64,000 bases of DNA from Candidatus Omnitrophota bacterium (GCA_043823435.1 JBDRAV010000002.1:61755-125754); one strand, 5' to 3'. Shown: positions 19,482 through 29,193, numbered from the stretch's first letter. Made by a program: numbers and translations. Notes: a model not told the origin generated them from the sequence alone.

Positions 19482-20435
19482 ATGTTCATTGATAGCGTAA
19501 AAATAGATATCAGGGGAGGAAACGGCGGTAAGGGCTGCCAGAGCTTCTACCGTGATAAGTACGCCCGCTGGGGCGTCCCCGACGGAGGAAGAGGGGGGAA
19601 GGGTTCGGATATTATTATCAGGGCGGACAGGAACCTGCGCACCCTGATGGATTTCAGGTATAACAAACATTTTTACGGATTAAACGGAGCTCATGGTTCA
19701 GGCAATAACAAGAAAGGCAAAGAGGCCTCTGCCGTAATCATCCACGTGCCCTGCGGCACGGTCATAAAAGATATCAGGACAGATTGTATCCTGCGCGATT
19801 TAGATAAAGACGGGGAAGAAGTAATAGCCGCTTACGGAGGTAAGGGTGGTTCGGGAAATTACCGCGGTAATACCACTACTTCGGGTTCACCCGGCGAGGA
19901 AAAAAAGCTATTATTAGACTTAAAACTGATCGCGGATGCGGGTGTTATAGGTTTTCCTAATGCAGGCAAATCTACTTTAATAAGCGCTATCTCTCATGCC
20001 AGCCCGCAGATCGCCCCTTATCCATTTACCACAAAATCCCCTGTCCTGGGGGTGGTAAACAAGGACGATGTCCCGTTTGTCATAGCCGATATCCCCGGAT
20101 TAATAGAAGGAGCATCTAAAGGCAAAGGTTTGGGCGATAGATTCCTGAGGCATGTTGAGCGCACAAAGATCCTGGTGCATCTTATTGATATGTCTGCTTC
20201 AGAGGGGCGTAATCCCCTGGAAGATTACAGGGTCATAAATAAGGAACTAAAGGATTATAGCAGCGAAGTCTACAGAAAACCGCAGATCATCGCCGCTAAC
20301 AAGATGGATCTGGAGGGTGCGAAATTAAATCTCGCGAGATTCAGGAAAGCGGTAAGAAAAAGAGTGTATCCCATATCGGCATTAAAGAGAGAAGGCCTGG
20401 AGGAACTGATTGAAGCAATCAGAAAGAAATTATAA
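19482..20435 (+). CDS. obg: GTPase Obg (N-terminal Gly-rich Obg fold plus GTPase; no C-terminal extension)
   Basis: MFIDSVKIDIRGGNGGKGC...; G1 GFPNAGKST, G3 DIPGLIEGA, G4 NKMD. Confidence 0.9.
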   Translation: MFIDSVKIDIRGGNGGKGCQSFYRDKYARWGVPDGGRGGKGSDIIIRADRNLRTLMDFRYNKHFYGLNGAHGSGNNKKGKEASAVIIHVPCGTVIKDIRTDCILRDLDKDGEEVIAAYGGKGGSGNYRGNTTTSGSPGEEKKLLLDLKLIADAGVIGFPNAGKSTLISAISHASPQIAPYPFTTKSPVLGVVNKDDVPFVIADIPGLIEGASKGKGLGDRFLRHVERTKILVHLIDMSASEGRNPLEDYRVINKELKDYSSEVYRKPQIIAANKMDLEGAKLNLARFRKAVRKRVYPISALKREGLEELIEAIRKKL

Positions 20436-21474
20436 AAGAATAGTTATAAAGATCGGCAGCAGCCTGTTTTATTCGGGACGCAAGGAACTTGATTTTGGTG
20501 TTTTGAGCAGCGTTGCCGAACAATCGGCGCAGCTGGTTAAAGATAAGAAAGAAGCGGCCATTGTCTCTTCCGGAGCAATAGCCTTGGGGATGCATCTCTT
20601 GGGATTTAAGGAGAGGCCAAAGGAGCTCTGTGAGTTGCAGGCAGCAGCAGCGATAGGCCAGAATGAAGTGGTTAACCACTACCGCAATTCTTTTAAGGAT
20701 AAGGGAGTCCATGCGGCCCAGATCCTTCTGACCCGGGAAGACCTGAATGACCGAAAACGTTACCTGAACGCCAAGAATACGCTGCTTACTTTGATAAGAT
20801 TGCGAAGCCTGCCTATAATTAACGAAAACGATACGGTATCCACGGAAGAAATAAAATTCGGGGATAATGACCTGCTTTCAGCGCTTGTAGCCGCGCTGAT
20901 AAGCGCGGATCTTTTGATTATTCTTTCTGATATAGACGGCCTGCTGGATAGGGATAAAAAGGTTATTCCGGTAGTAGGAGAGATCACCTCCGAGATAAAA
21001 GCGCTTGCCCGTCCGACGGATAAAAAAACATGCGTAGGCGGAATGATCACCAAGATCGAAGCCGCAAAGATATGTATGGATTCGGGGATACCCTGTGTTA
21101 TTGCAAACGGGCGCACGAAAGATATAATTTTATCGGTAATAAAAGAGCCCGAAAAACACGGGACACTATTTTGTCCCAGGAAGAGCCTTGCGGCAAGAGA
21201 ACGCTGGATCGCCTTTGGCACAAGATCAAAGGGCAGGATCATGGTGGATGACGGCGCAAAGAGAGCGCTCTTGAATAATAAGAGCCTGCTTTCGGTGGGC
21301 GTTACGGGCATTGAAGGTAATTTTGATGCAGGCGATATCGTGAGCGTAACAGATAAAGAGAATATTGAGTTTGCCAGGGGTAAGGTGAGTGTTTCTGTAA
21401 AGCAATTAGATAACGTTAAAGGGAGCCGCCACGACAGGGAAGTCATCCATCGCGACGACATAGTTATCTTATAG
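20410..21474 (+). CDS. proB: Glutamate 5-kinase with C-terminal PUA domain
   Basis: IVIKIGSS amino-acid-kinase N-terminus; PUA domain at C-terminus; followed by proA. Confidence 0.9.
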   Translation: MKQSERNYKRIVIKIGSSLFYSGRKELDFGVLSSVAEQSAQLVKDKKEAAIVSSGAIALGMHLLGFKERPKELCELQAAAAIGQNEVVNHYRNSFKDKGVHAAQILLTREDLNDRKRYLNAKNTLLTLIRLRSLPIINENDTVSTEEIKFGDNDLLSALVAALISADLLIILSDIDGLLDRDKKVIPVVGEITSEIKALARPTDKKTCVGGMITKIEAAKICMDSGIPCVIANGRTKDIILSVIKEPEKHGTLFCPRKSLAARERWIAFGTRSKGRIMVDDGAKRALLNNKSLLSVGVTGIEGNFDAGDIVSVTDKENIEFARGKVSVSVKQLDNVKGSRHDREVIHRDDIVIL

Positions 21475-21540
21475 CACCAGGTGCAAATTTAAGATTGTAC
21501 CTGTCCCCATTACAGGATGCAGGTGCCAAGAGGGATATAA

Positions 21541-22797
21541 ATGGATCTGAAAGAGGAATTAACCAGGATAGCCAGAAATGCGCAGGAAGCATCTAGGTAC
21601 ATGCTGGGCGTATCTTCTGCCACTAAGGATAAGGCCTTAAAGGGTATGGCCATGGCTTTAATCCGTAATAAAAGCGTTATCCTGAAAGCAAATAAAAAGG
21701 ATATCCGTAAGGCTATTGCCGCGAAGTCGCCGGGCGCCTTTATAGAGAGGCTTACCCTTACCGGCAAAAGGATAGAGGAGATGTCGGATTCCCTGCTATC
21801 AATAGCCGGATTAGATGACCCTGTAGGAGAGACGATTAAATCCTGGCGCAGGCCCAATGGCCTGCGGATAAATAAGGTGCGCGTGCCTATCGGGGTAATC
21901 GCGATTATCTATGAGTCTCGCCCTAACGTTACCTCTGATTGCATCGGGTTATGCTTTAAATCTGGTAATAGCGTGATCCTTAGAGGCGGAAGTGAAGCAT
22001 TGAATTCCAATCTCGCCATATACAAGATACTTAAAAGGGAGATAAAGAAATACGCGATACCCGAAGGCGTAATTAATATGGTCTCTACATCTGACAGGCG
22101 TGCCGTGGACTTCTTGCTAAAACTGGATAATTACATCGATCTGGTGATGCCCCGCGGAGGGGAGAGCCTAATCAAGCGGGTGGTTAACCTCTCGCGTATA
22201 CCGGTGATAAAACACTACAAAGGCATATGTCATGTCTATGTTGACGATTGGGCTGACCTGAATATGGCAGAGAAGATCTGCTTTAATGCCAAGGTCCAGA
22301 GGCCCGGAGTCTGCAATGCTATGGAGAACATGCTTGTGCATAGGGACGTAGCAACAAGGTTTCTCCCGGGGATGGCCGGGAAATTCAAAGAAGCGGGTGT
22401 CGAGATCCGCGGTTGTGACATTACCCGTAAAATTGTAAAGGGGATAAAGAGGGTAACCGATAAGGATTATTTTACCGAGTATCTCGATCTTATCCTTTCC
22501 GTAAAAGTGGTTGATGGCCTGGATGAAGCCGTAAGGCACATAAATCATTATGGCTCGCGCCATTCGGACAGCATCGTGACCGACAACAAAGAGAATGCCG
22601 GGCGTTTCTTAAGGGATGTGGATTCTGCCTGTGTATATGTTAACGCTTCCACGCGTTTTACCGACGGCTATCAATTCGGGATGGGTGCGGAGATAGGGAT
22701 CTCTACCGATAAACTGCACGCGCGCGGGCCCATGGCTCTCGAAGAATTAACGACATACAAATATATGGTATTCGGTAACGGCCATATCCGTTCCTAA
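21541..22797 (+). CDS. proA: Gamma-glutamyl phosphate reductase
   Basis: Aldehyde dehydrogenase fold with the ProA-typical catalytic Cys region (CNAMENMLVH) and length 418 aa. Confidence 0.9.
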   Translation: MDLKEELTRIARNAQEASRYMLGVSSATKDKALKGMAMALIRNKSVILKANKKDIRKAIAAKSPGAFIERLTLTGKRIEEMSDSLLSIAGLDDPVGETIKSWRRPNGLRINKVRVPIGVIAIIYESRPNVTSDCIGLCFKSGNSVILRGGSEALNSNLAIYKILKREIKKYAIPEGVINMVSTSDRRAVDFLLKLDNYIDLVMPRGGESLIKRVVNLSRIPVIKHYKGICHVYVDDWADLNMAEKICFNAKVQRPGVCNAMENMLVHRDVATRFLPGMAGKFKEAGVEIRGCDITRKIVKGIKRVTDKDYFTEYLDLILSVKVVDGLDEAVRHINHYGSRHSDSIVTDNKENAGRFLRDVDSACVYVNASTRFTDGYQFGMGAEIGISTDKLHARGPMALEELTTYKYMVFGNGHIRS

Positions 22798-22804
22798 AAA
22801 CGAA

Positions 22805-22918
22805 GGACACTTCTCGTCCCAATCGGAGAAGTGTCCCCTAGATACAAATTATTATTAAGGAGGGACACTTCTCCGATTAGCTAAAGAAACGTTCCCCGAT
22901 TGGGTGAAGAAGTGTCCC
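22805..22918. repeat. Cluster of four alternating-orientation copies of a palindromic element (GGGACACTTCTCCGATTGG / CCAATCGGAGAAGTGTCCCC) forming two hairpins between proA and nadD
   Basis: 22805-22815 GGACACTTCTC is the reverse complement of 22826-22836; 22862-22878 is the reverse complement of 22821-22837; a degenerate fourth copy lies at 22894-22918. Confidence 0.6.
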
Positions 22919-22925
22919 TGAGGGT

Positions 22926-23492
22926 ATGAAGATAGGGGTATTGGGCGGTACTTTTAATCCTATACATATCGGCCATCTTATCCTTGCCGAGGAAGTAAGG
23001 GAGAAGCTGAGTCTTGATAAGGTTATACTTGTACCTGCGAACCTCCCGCCGCATAAGGATAATTCCGATATTGCTCCTGCGGGCGCAAGGTTGGACATGA
23101 TAAGGCTGGCTATAAAAGGGAACAGGCATTTTTCATCATCCGAACTGGAGATAAAAAGAGACGGGCGCTCCTATACCATAGATACCATTAATGAATTTAA
23201 GAAGATATACGCCAACGATGAGTTGTATTTTATTATCGGCTCGGACCTCCTCAAATACCTGGCTGAATGGAAGGACCTGCAGGATATCATTAAAATGGTA
23301 AGGTTTGTAGCTGCTACACGCCCTGGTTACCCTTTGGAAAAGATACCTTCCTATATAGCCACGGTTGCGATAAGGGCGGTTGATATCTCCGGTTTTGAGA
23401 TCAGGAAGGCGATAAAGAAAAATAAATCATTCCAGTACCTGGTACCGGAGAGGGTATTTAATTATATTAATAAAAAGGGGCTTTACCGATGA
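22926..23492 (+). CDS. nadD: Nicotinate-nucleotide adenylyltransferase
   Basis: MKIGVLGGTFNPIHIGH (the HxGH nucleotidyltransferase motif), ~190 aa. Confidence 0.9.
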   Translation: MKIGVLGGTFNPIHIGHLILAEEVREKLSLDKVILVPANLPPHKDNSDIAPAGARLDMIRLAIKGNRHFSSSELEIKRDGRSYTIDTINEFKKIYANDELYFIIGSDLLKYLAEWKDLQDIIKMVRFVAATRPGYPLEKIPSYIATVAIRAVDISGFEIRKAIKKNKSFQYLVPERVFNYINKKGLYR

Positions 23493-24133
23493 GGATAAAG
23501 ATAGCGCCTTCCATACTATCGGCGGATTTCAGCCGCCTGGACAGGGAGATAAAGAAAGTCGAGCTGGCGGGGGCAGATATGCTCCATATCGATATTATGG
23601 ATGGCCATTTCGTGCCCAACATTACTATCGGCCCGGCAGTGGTCAAATCTATCCGTCGTATAACCAAACTCCCTTTAGACGTGCACCTGATGATAGAGAA
23701 CCCGCAAGAGTTAGTTGATGATTTTGTGCGGGCAGGAAGCGATATGATCACTTTTCATATAGAGACCATATCGAGCTCAAAGTTCAAAGCTCAAAGTTCA
23801 AAGCTTAGAAAAAAAGGAATAAAGGTGGGTATTTCTTTAAACCCAGCTACGCCGATAACAAGGATTAAACCCGTGTTGAGATTTGTAGATTTCGTCCTGG
23901 TTATGTCGGTTAACCCGGGATTCAGCGGCCAGGCATTTATGCCGGAGGCATTACCGAAGATAAAGGAGTTACGCTCCATCTTCCGCGGGGATATCGCAGT
24001 GGACGGCGGAGTAAACGATAAAGTAGCAGGCAGCATTATTAAGGCGGGCGCGAATATTTTGGCAGCGGGCTCATACGTGTTCGCAGCCAGGAACACAAAA
24101 TCAGCGATAGAAAGGATCAGGAATGCAAAGTGA
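23489..24133 (+). CDS. rpe: Ribulose-phosphate 3-epimerase (contains a short Ser/Lys-rich insertion encoded by a 14-bp tandem duplication)
   Basis: MRIKIAPSILSADFSRL, HIDIMDGHFVPN, VDGG motifs. Confidence 0.9.
   Translation: MRIKIAPSILSADFSRLDREIKKVELAGADMLHIDIMDGHFVPNITIGPAVVKSIRRITKLPLDVHLMIENPQELVDDFVRAGSDMITFHIETISSSKFKAQSSKLRKKGIKVGISLNPATPITRIKPVLRFVDFVLVMSVNPGFSGQAFMPEALPKIKELRSIFRGDIAVDGGVNDKVAGSIIKAGANILAAGSYVFAARNTKSAIERIRNAK
23775..23802 (+). repeat. Perfect 14-bp x2 tandem repeat (GCTCAAAGTTCAAA) inside rpe
   Basis: Direct reading of 23775-23788 and 23789-23802. Confidence 0.7.
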
Positions 24134-25511
24134 GAATAAGATAAGGTTCGGCACCGACGGCTGGAGGGCGGTTATCGGCCAGGATTACACATTCGAAAAC
24201 CTTAAAGTCGTCTCCCAGGCAGTCAGCGATTATTTAGGCCCGGGTAAATCCATAGCAGTCGGATTTGATACCCGTTTTATGTCCGGGCGTTTCGCAGAAG
24301 TAGCTTCGGATATCTTCCGGAATAACGGTATTGAAGTTGTGCTCTCAGACAGGCCTATACCTACACCGGCCTTAAGTTTTACCGTGAAAAACCGCAGCCT
24401 GGATTTAGGGGTTATGATTACCGCTTCTCATAACCCTTCTGAATATAACGGCTTTAAAATCAAGAATTCTTCAGGGGGCGCAGCAGACCCGGAAGTGACC
24501 AGGGAAGTAGAAAGCCTCCTGGGAAAGAACCCCGCGAAAGAAACGGGAACTGCTACGGTAAAGATAAAAAAGGAAGATCTCATAAACGACTATATAAGAT
24601 TTATCCGCACTTATGTTGACCTGAAGAGGATAAGGAAGAAGAGATTCAAGGTCCTGGTTGACGCCATGTACGGCTCAGGGGATAGTTTTATCGCATCAGT
24701 ACTCAAAGGGACTGATATAAGGCTGGAATTTATGCACAATACCATCAACCCTTCATTCGGGGGGACGCGCCCCGAACCGGTTGAGGAGAATCTAAAAGAG
24801 CTGAAAGATAAGGTCAAAAAGGGCAGATTTGACCTGGGAATAGCCCTTGACGGCGACGCAGACAGGATTGCGGCGGTAGCGCCCGGGGGAGTCTTTATCC
24901 ACCCCCAGAAGATATTGGGCCTTTTGGCGCTGCATCTGAATCAGGATAGGGGATGGAGCGGCGGTATCGTGAAGACCATCGCCGGAACGACTATGATCGA
25001 CCATATAGCCGCTTTCTTAAAAGTAAAACTTTACGAAACACCGGTCGGCTTTAAATATATCTCTACCCTCATGGAAACAGAGGATATACTTACCGGAGGA
25101 GAGGAGGCAGGCGGTATGGGCGTAAAAGGATACATACCGGAGCGGGACGGCAGCGTGGCAGGACTCCTCTTGCTTGAAATGATGGCTTACCGGAATAAGG
25201 ATATCTTAAAGATCCTGAATGAGACAGAGAAGAAATTTGGCAGGTATTATTATTTACGCGAGGATCTGCATCTAAAGAAACGCGTTGAACCCAGGAAGGA
25301 GAATCTCCCCAAAGAGCTTCTAGGAGAAAAGGTAGCCCAGGTAAAGGATTTTGACGGGATAAAAGTTATCTGTGATGATGAAAGCTGGCTGATGTTCCGC
25401 GCCTCGGGCACAGAGCCGATCATGCGCATATACTCAGAGGCCAAGTCTTTAAACAGGGCAAGGAAGCTTCTTGAATACGGAAAGGATCTGGTAAGCAGGG
25501 ATGTTTTATAG
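24123..25511 (+). CDS. Phosphoglucomutase/phosphomannomutase family protein
   Basis: Active-site TASHNPSEYNGFK, metal-binding DGDADR, sugar-binding GGEEAGG. Confidence 0.85.
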   Translation: MQSENKIRFGTDGWRAVIGQDYTFENLKVVSQAVSDYLGPGKSIAVGFDTRFMSGRFAEVASDIFRNNGIEVVLSDRPIPTPALSFTVKNRSLDLGVMITASHNPSEYNGFKIKNSSGGAADPEVTREVESLLGKNPAKETGTATVKIKKEDLINDYIRFIRTYVDLKRIRKKRFKVLVDAMYGSGDSFIASVLKGTDIRLEFMHNTINPSFGGTRPEPVEENLKELKDKVKKGRFDLGIALDGDADRIAAVAPGGVFIHPQKILGLLALHLNQDRGWSGGIVKTIAGTTMIDHIAAFLKVKLYETPVGFKYISTLMETEDILTGGEEAGGMGVKGYIPERDGSVAGLLLLEMMAYRNKDILKILNETEKKFGRYYYLREDLHLKKRVEPRKENLPKELLGEKVAQVKDFDGIKVICDDESWLMFRASGTEPIMRIYSEAKSLNRARKLLEYGKDLVSRDVL

Positions 25512-26085
25512 TATCTTAAGGTTTATATCCATGGTGCTACTTAAGACACTGTTGCGTCTTAGGGTGCAGGGATCAGAGAATATACCGGAAAAAGGGGGCT
25601 TTATTCTGGCCTCTAACCATGTCAGCTACATAGATCCTGTAGCTTTGGGGGTTGCTTGTAAACGCAAGTTAAATTACATGACAAAACAGGAGCTATTCCG
25701 CGGAGCGTTACTTTCCAGATTCTTCCGTATGCTGCATTGCTTTCCGGTGAAAAGGGATTCTGCTGATTTGTCGGCTATAAAGGAAGCAATGCACCGTGTA
25801 AGGGAAGGCGGCGGCCTCCTTTTATTCCCCGAAGGGAGCCGCAGGTTTGACGGGGGACCGCAAGAGCCGTACGCCGGGATAGGGTTTTTGACCGCAAGGC
25901 TTAATGTGCCGGTAATCCCGGCTTTAGTGAATGGTACTGACAAGGCACTTCCCGCCGGAGCTAAATTTATCAGGCTAACCGAAATTTCAGTATCATTCGG
26001 CAAACAAATTCCCATAGAAAGGAGGATGCCTTATCAAGATATCGCCAGGCAGGTAATGGATAATATCAGGCATCTTTCATGCTAA
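25501..26085 (+). CDS. plsC: 1-acyl-sn-glycerol-3-phosphate acyltransferase
   Basis: NHVSYIDP (HX4D) and FPEGSR motifs of the GPAT/LPLAT family. Confidence 0.8.
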   Translation: MFYSILRFISMVLLKTLLRLRVQGSENIPEKGGFILASNHVSYIDPVALGVACKRKLNYMTKQELFRGALLSRFFRMLHCFPVKRDSADLSAIKEAMHRVREGGGLLLFPEGSRRFDGGPQEPYAGIGFLTARLNVPVIPALVNGTDKALPAGAKFIRLTEISVSFGKQIPIERRMPYQDIARQVMDNIRHLSC

Positions 26086-26372
26086 GGGTAAGATCAGCTA
26101 AAAATACCGGTTTTCATTCATATCTAAGATATATAGCAGCTCCGGATCAGCGCAGGCCCCCCGCAACATATCAAATACCATTAATTATACGAAACATTAT
26201 TCAACGGTCCCGTACGCCTTTATATTCCTTTTTTTGTACTTGCTGCGCGCGTTACAAAAATTCTCTGGTAAAGGAGGTGTATCCGTATTGAAATCTTCTT
26301 GCGCCCAGGCGGCGCATGAAATTTATTAAACAATAACTCAGATTAACAATTAAGAAAGGGAGGTAAGAGGAA

Positions 26373-27914
26373 ATGTCAACAGATAAGAATACCATGGAGG
26401 AGCTTTATAATCAGAGCATAAAGATGCTGAAGGAGGCCCAGATTGTAAAGGGCAAGATCGTATCCATAAAATCAAAAGAGGTGTTGGTGGACGTGGGCTT
26501 TAAGTCCGAGGGTATCGTTCCTATCACCCAGTTCAGTAAAGAGGACTTGGGGGTCGGTAAAGAACTGGATTTCTTTGTTGATTGCATTGAAGACGATTCC
26601 GGGATGATAGGCCTCTCCCGCGATAAAGCCATACGCATACAAGGGTGGGATAATATCGTGAAGAACGCTAATGACGGTACCCTTGTTGAGGGTAAGCCGG
26701 TGAAGAAGGTGAAGGGAGGTTTCCTGATAGATGTTATGGGTATAGAAGGGTTCCTACCCACATCGCTTTCCTCCTTCAGGGGGCTGTCGGACAAGAGTAT
26801 CCTTTACAACAAGTTTAAATTCAAGATTATCAAAGTGAATAATTTAAGGCACAGCATAATATTATCCCACCGCGATGCCATGCAGAAATCCAGGGAGGAA
26901 GCGAAAGAAAAGTTATGGCAGGATTTAAAGGTAGGAGCTATTCATCCGGGTACGGTCAAGGCCATAACCGACTTCGGGGCATTTGTGGATTTAGGAGGCG
27001 CAGACGGGCTTCTCTATATCACCGATATGTCCTGGTCTAAGATCAGCCATCCTTCCGAGATAGTGGCGCTGGGGGATAAGATCGATGTGGTCATTCTGAA
27101 TATGGACAAGGAATCCGGAAAGGTTTCTCTCGGCTTAAAGCAGAGATTGCCCGACCCATGGCAGGATATCGAGACCAAGTACAGCGTAGCCTCAAAGGTA
27201 AAGGGTAAGGTGGTAAATATCCTGCCTTACGGCGTATTCGTGGAGCTGGAAAAGGGTATTGAAGGCCTGGTCCATGTATCCGAAATATCCTGGACAAAGA
27301 GGGTGAATAATCCGGGAGAGATGTTTGCCATAGGAGATATGCTGGAAGTTCAGGTGTTAAACATTGATAAGCAATCACGCAAGATATCTTTAAGTTTAAA
27401 ACAGCTGGAGCAAAACCCTTGGTTAGACGTTGAATCTAAATACCCGGTAGGCACAAAAATCCAGGGGAAGGTAAGGGGTTTTACCGCTTACGGGGTATTC
27501 GTGGAACTGGATAACAGCCTGGAAGGAATGATCCACGTTTCGGATATCTCTTGGACCAAAAGAGTAGCCCATCCGCAGGATATCTTTAAGAAAGGCCAGA
27601 AGATAGAAGTAGTGGTGCTTTCCGCGGACGCTGCAAACCGGCGCATTTCGCTCGGCTTAAAGCAATTGCATCCTAACCCATGGCCAGAGATAGCGGTCAA
27701 ATATCCGGTGGATACCGAGCTAGAAACGGAAGTAGTGAATGTGAACGATTTTGGGGTATTCGTAAAGATCGAAGAGGATCTGGAAGGCCTGGTCTATAGC
27801 AGCGAGATAGATAATGATGCTCTCGCGCAATTGAAACCGGGCGATAAGTTAAAAGCGAAAGTAATCAAGGTAGATGCGGAGCAGGCAAAGATAGGCCTTA
27901 CCTCCAAAATCTAG
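26373..27914 (+). CDS. rpsA: 30S ribosomal protein S1 (multiple S1 repeats)
   Basis: Six S1-domain repeats with the recurring G.V..I..FGAFV.L..G..GL.H.S motif; strong RBS AAGAAAGGGAGG. Confidence 0.9.
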   Translation: MSTDKNTMEELYNQSIKMLKEAQIVKGKIVSIKSKEVLVDVGFKSEGIVPITQFSKEDLGVGKELDFFVDCIEDDSGMIGLSRDKAIRIQGWDNIVKNANDGTLVEGKPVKKVKGGFLIDVMGIEGFLPTSLSSFRGLSDKSILYNKFKFKIIKVNNLRHSIILSHRDAMQKSREEAKEKLWQDLKVGAIHPGTVKAITDFGAFVDLGGADGLLYITDMSWSKISHPSEIVALGDKIDVVILNMDKESGKVSLGLKQRLPDPWQDIETKYSVASKVKGKVVNILPYGVFVELEKGIEGLVHVSEISWTKRVNNPGEMFAIGDMLEVQVLNIDKQSRKISLSLKQLEQNPWLDVESKYPVGTKIQGKVRGFTAYGVFVELDNSLEGMIHVSDISWTKRVAHPQDIFKKGQKIEVVVLSADAANRRISLGLKQLHPNPWPEIAVKYPVDTELETEVVNVNDFGVFVKIEEDLEGLVYSSEIDNDALAQLKPGDKLKAKVIKVDAEQAKIGLTSKI

Positions 27915-27992
27915 GGATACTTCTTAACCCAATCCCTGCCTGCCGGCAGGCAGGGAGGGACACTTCTTAATCCAATCGGGGAAGTGTCCCCC
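27914..27992. repeat. Second locus of the same palindromic element family plus a perfect 22-bp palindrome (CCCTGCCTGCCGGCAGGCAGGG) immediately upstream of tyrS
   Basis: 27957-27966 GGGACACTTC is the reverse complement of 27982-27991; CCAATCGGGGAAGTGTCCCC (27973-27992) matches 22819-22838 at 19 of 20 positions; the palindrome at 27934-27955 is a perfect 11+11. Confidence 0.6.
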
Positions 27993-28008
27993 TATGCGAG
28001 GTAGCAAG

Positions 28009-29193
28009 ATGGAGAAACCTGATATCGACAAGCAGTTAGAGATTATCAAGCGCGGAGCAGTGGATATAATTTCCGAGAAGGAATTAAAAACCAAGCTGCA
28101 GGAGAGTATAAAGTCAAAGAGGCCGCTCAATATAAAGGCCGGGTTTGACCCTACCACAGCGGATATCCACCTTGGCCATACTGTTCTTTTGAGGAAACTG
28201 CGGCAGTTCCAGGACCTTGGCCACCGTGTCATCTTTTTAATCGGAGATTTTACTGCCCGTATCGGAGACCCGAGCGGACGGCAGGAGGCAAGAAAGCCCT
28301 TGACTAAAGAAGAGGCCATCGGGAACGCGGCTACTTATAAAAACCAGGTATCCAAAATACTCGATACGGATAATATACGCGTAGTATTTAACAGCGAATG
28401 GTTTGACAGTATGTCGGTATTGGAGATATTGAAACTGACTACGCATGCCACGGTCTCTCAAATGTTGGCGAGAAGCGATTTTAAAAAGAGATTATCCAAG
28501 GGCGATGAGGTCTCTCTTTTAGAGTTTATGTATCCGCTGCTGCAGGGTTATGATTCGGTAAAGTTAGAGGCAGATATCGAATTGGGCGGGACAGACCAGA
28601 TATTCAATCTTCTCGTGGGCAGGGATATGCAGAAGGACTTCGGACAACAGCAGCAGGCAGTCATAACCATGCCGCTTCTGGAAGGAACGGACGGCGTGCA
28701 AAAAATGAGCAAGTCTTACGGAAATTACATTGCCATTAACGACAGCCCGAAGGATATGTTCGGGAAGATCATGTCGATTTCCGATGAGATGATGTTGAAA
28801 TATTATACACTGCTTACTGATGAGGACTTGGAGGCCGTGAAGAAAATTCATCCCAAAGAAGCAAAGTCTAACCTCGCGGAGAATATCACCAGACAATACC
28901 ACGGCAGGGAAGCAGCGGAAAAAGCAAGACGGGAGTTTGAGGATGTTTTTAGCAAAGGAGAATTACCTGAAGAGCTGCCTGTTTATAAGTTGAAGAAAGA
29001 GGGTAGTTCTATAATCGATATCCTGCTGGATAGCGGCCTTACTTTATCCAGAAATGAGGCACGCCGCCTGATACAGCAGGGTGGCGTATCTTTAGACGGT
29101 AAACGCCTGGACAAAGAGGATACGTTCATCGATAAAGAAGGAACGTTGAAGGCGGGGAAGAGGCGCTTCCTGAGACTTATTAAAGAAAAATAG
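28009..29193 (+). CDS. tyrS: Tyrosyl-tRNA synthetase (start at the ATG with a GAGGT RBS; the ORF track's upstream ATG at 27994 lacks an RBS and lies in the hairpin)
   Basis: HIGH-class motif HLGH, KMSKS, C-terminal S4-like domain. Confidence 0.9.
   Translation: MEKPDIDKQLEIIKRGAVDIISEKELKTKLQESIKSKRPLNIKAGFDPTTADIHLGHTVLLRKLRQFQDLGHRVIFLIGDFTARIGDPSGRQEARKPLTKEEAIGNAATYKNQVSKILDTDNIRVVFNSEWFDSMSVLEILKLTTHATVSQMLARSDFKKRLSKGDEVSLLEFMYPLLQGYDSVKLEADIELGGTDQIFNLLVGRDMQKDFGQQQQAVITMPLLEGTDGVQKMSKSYGNYIAINDSPKDMFGKIMSISDEMMLKYYTLLTDEDLEAVKKIHPKEAKSNLAENITRQYHGREAAEKARREFEDVFSKGELPEELPVYKLKKEGSSIIDILLDSGLTLSRNEARRLIQQGGVSLDGKRLDKEDTFIDKEGTLKAGKRRFLRLIKEK

Noticed and set aside
20760-21461. 233-aa minus-strand ORF antisense to proB
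   Set aside because: Ser/Leu-rich shadow ORF inside proB; no motifs.
26079-26291. 70-aa + strand ORF in the plsC-rpsA spacer
   Set aside because: No RBS, odd composition; the region more likely holds the rpsA promoter/leader.
27994-28008. Upstream ATG (ORF-track start) for tyrS
   Set aside because: No Shine-Dalgarno and it lies inside the hairpin arm. The ATG at 28009 has a GAGGT RBS at the proper distance.
27900-28010. T-box riboswitch upstream of tyrS
   Set aside because: Only ~95 nt are available and they are occupied by palindromic repeats; no specifier/T-box consensus (AATTAGGGTGGNACCGCG) present.
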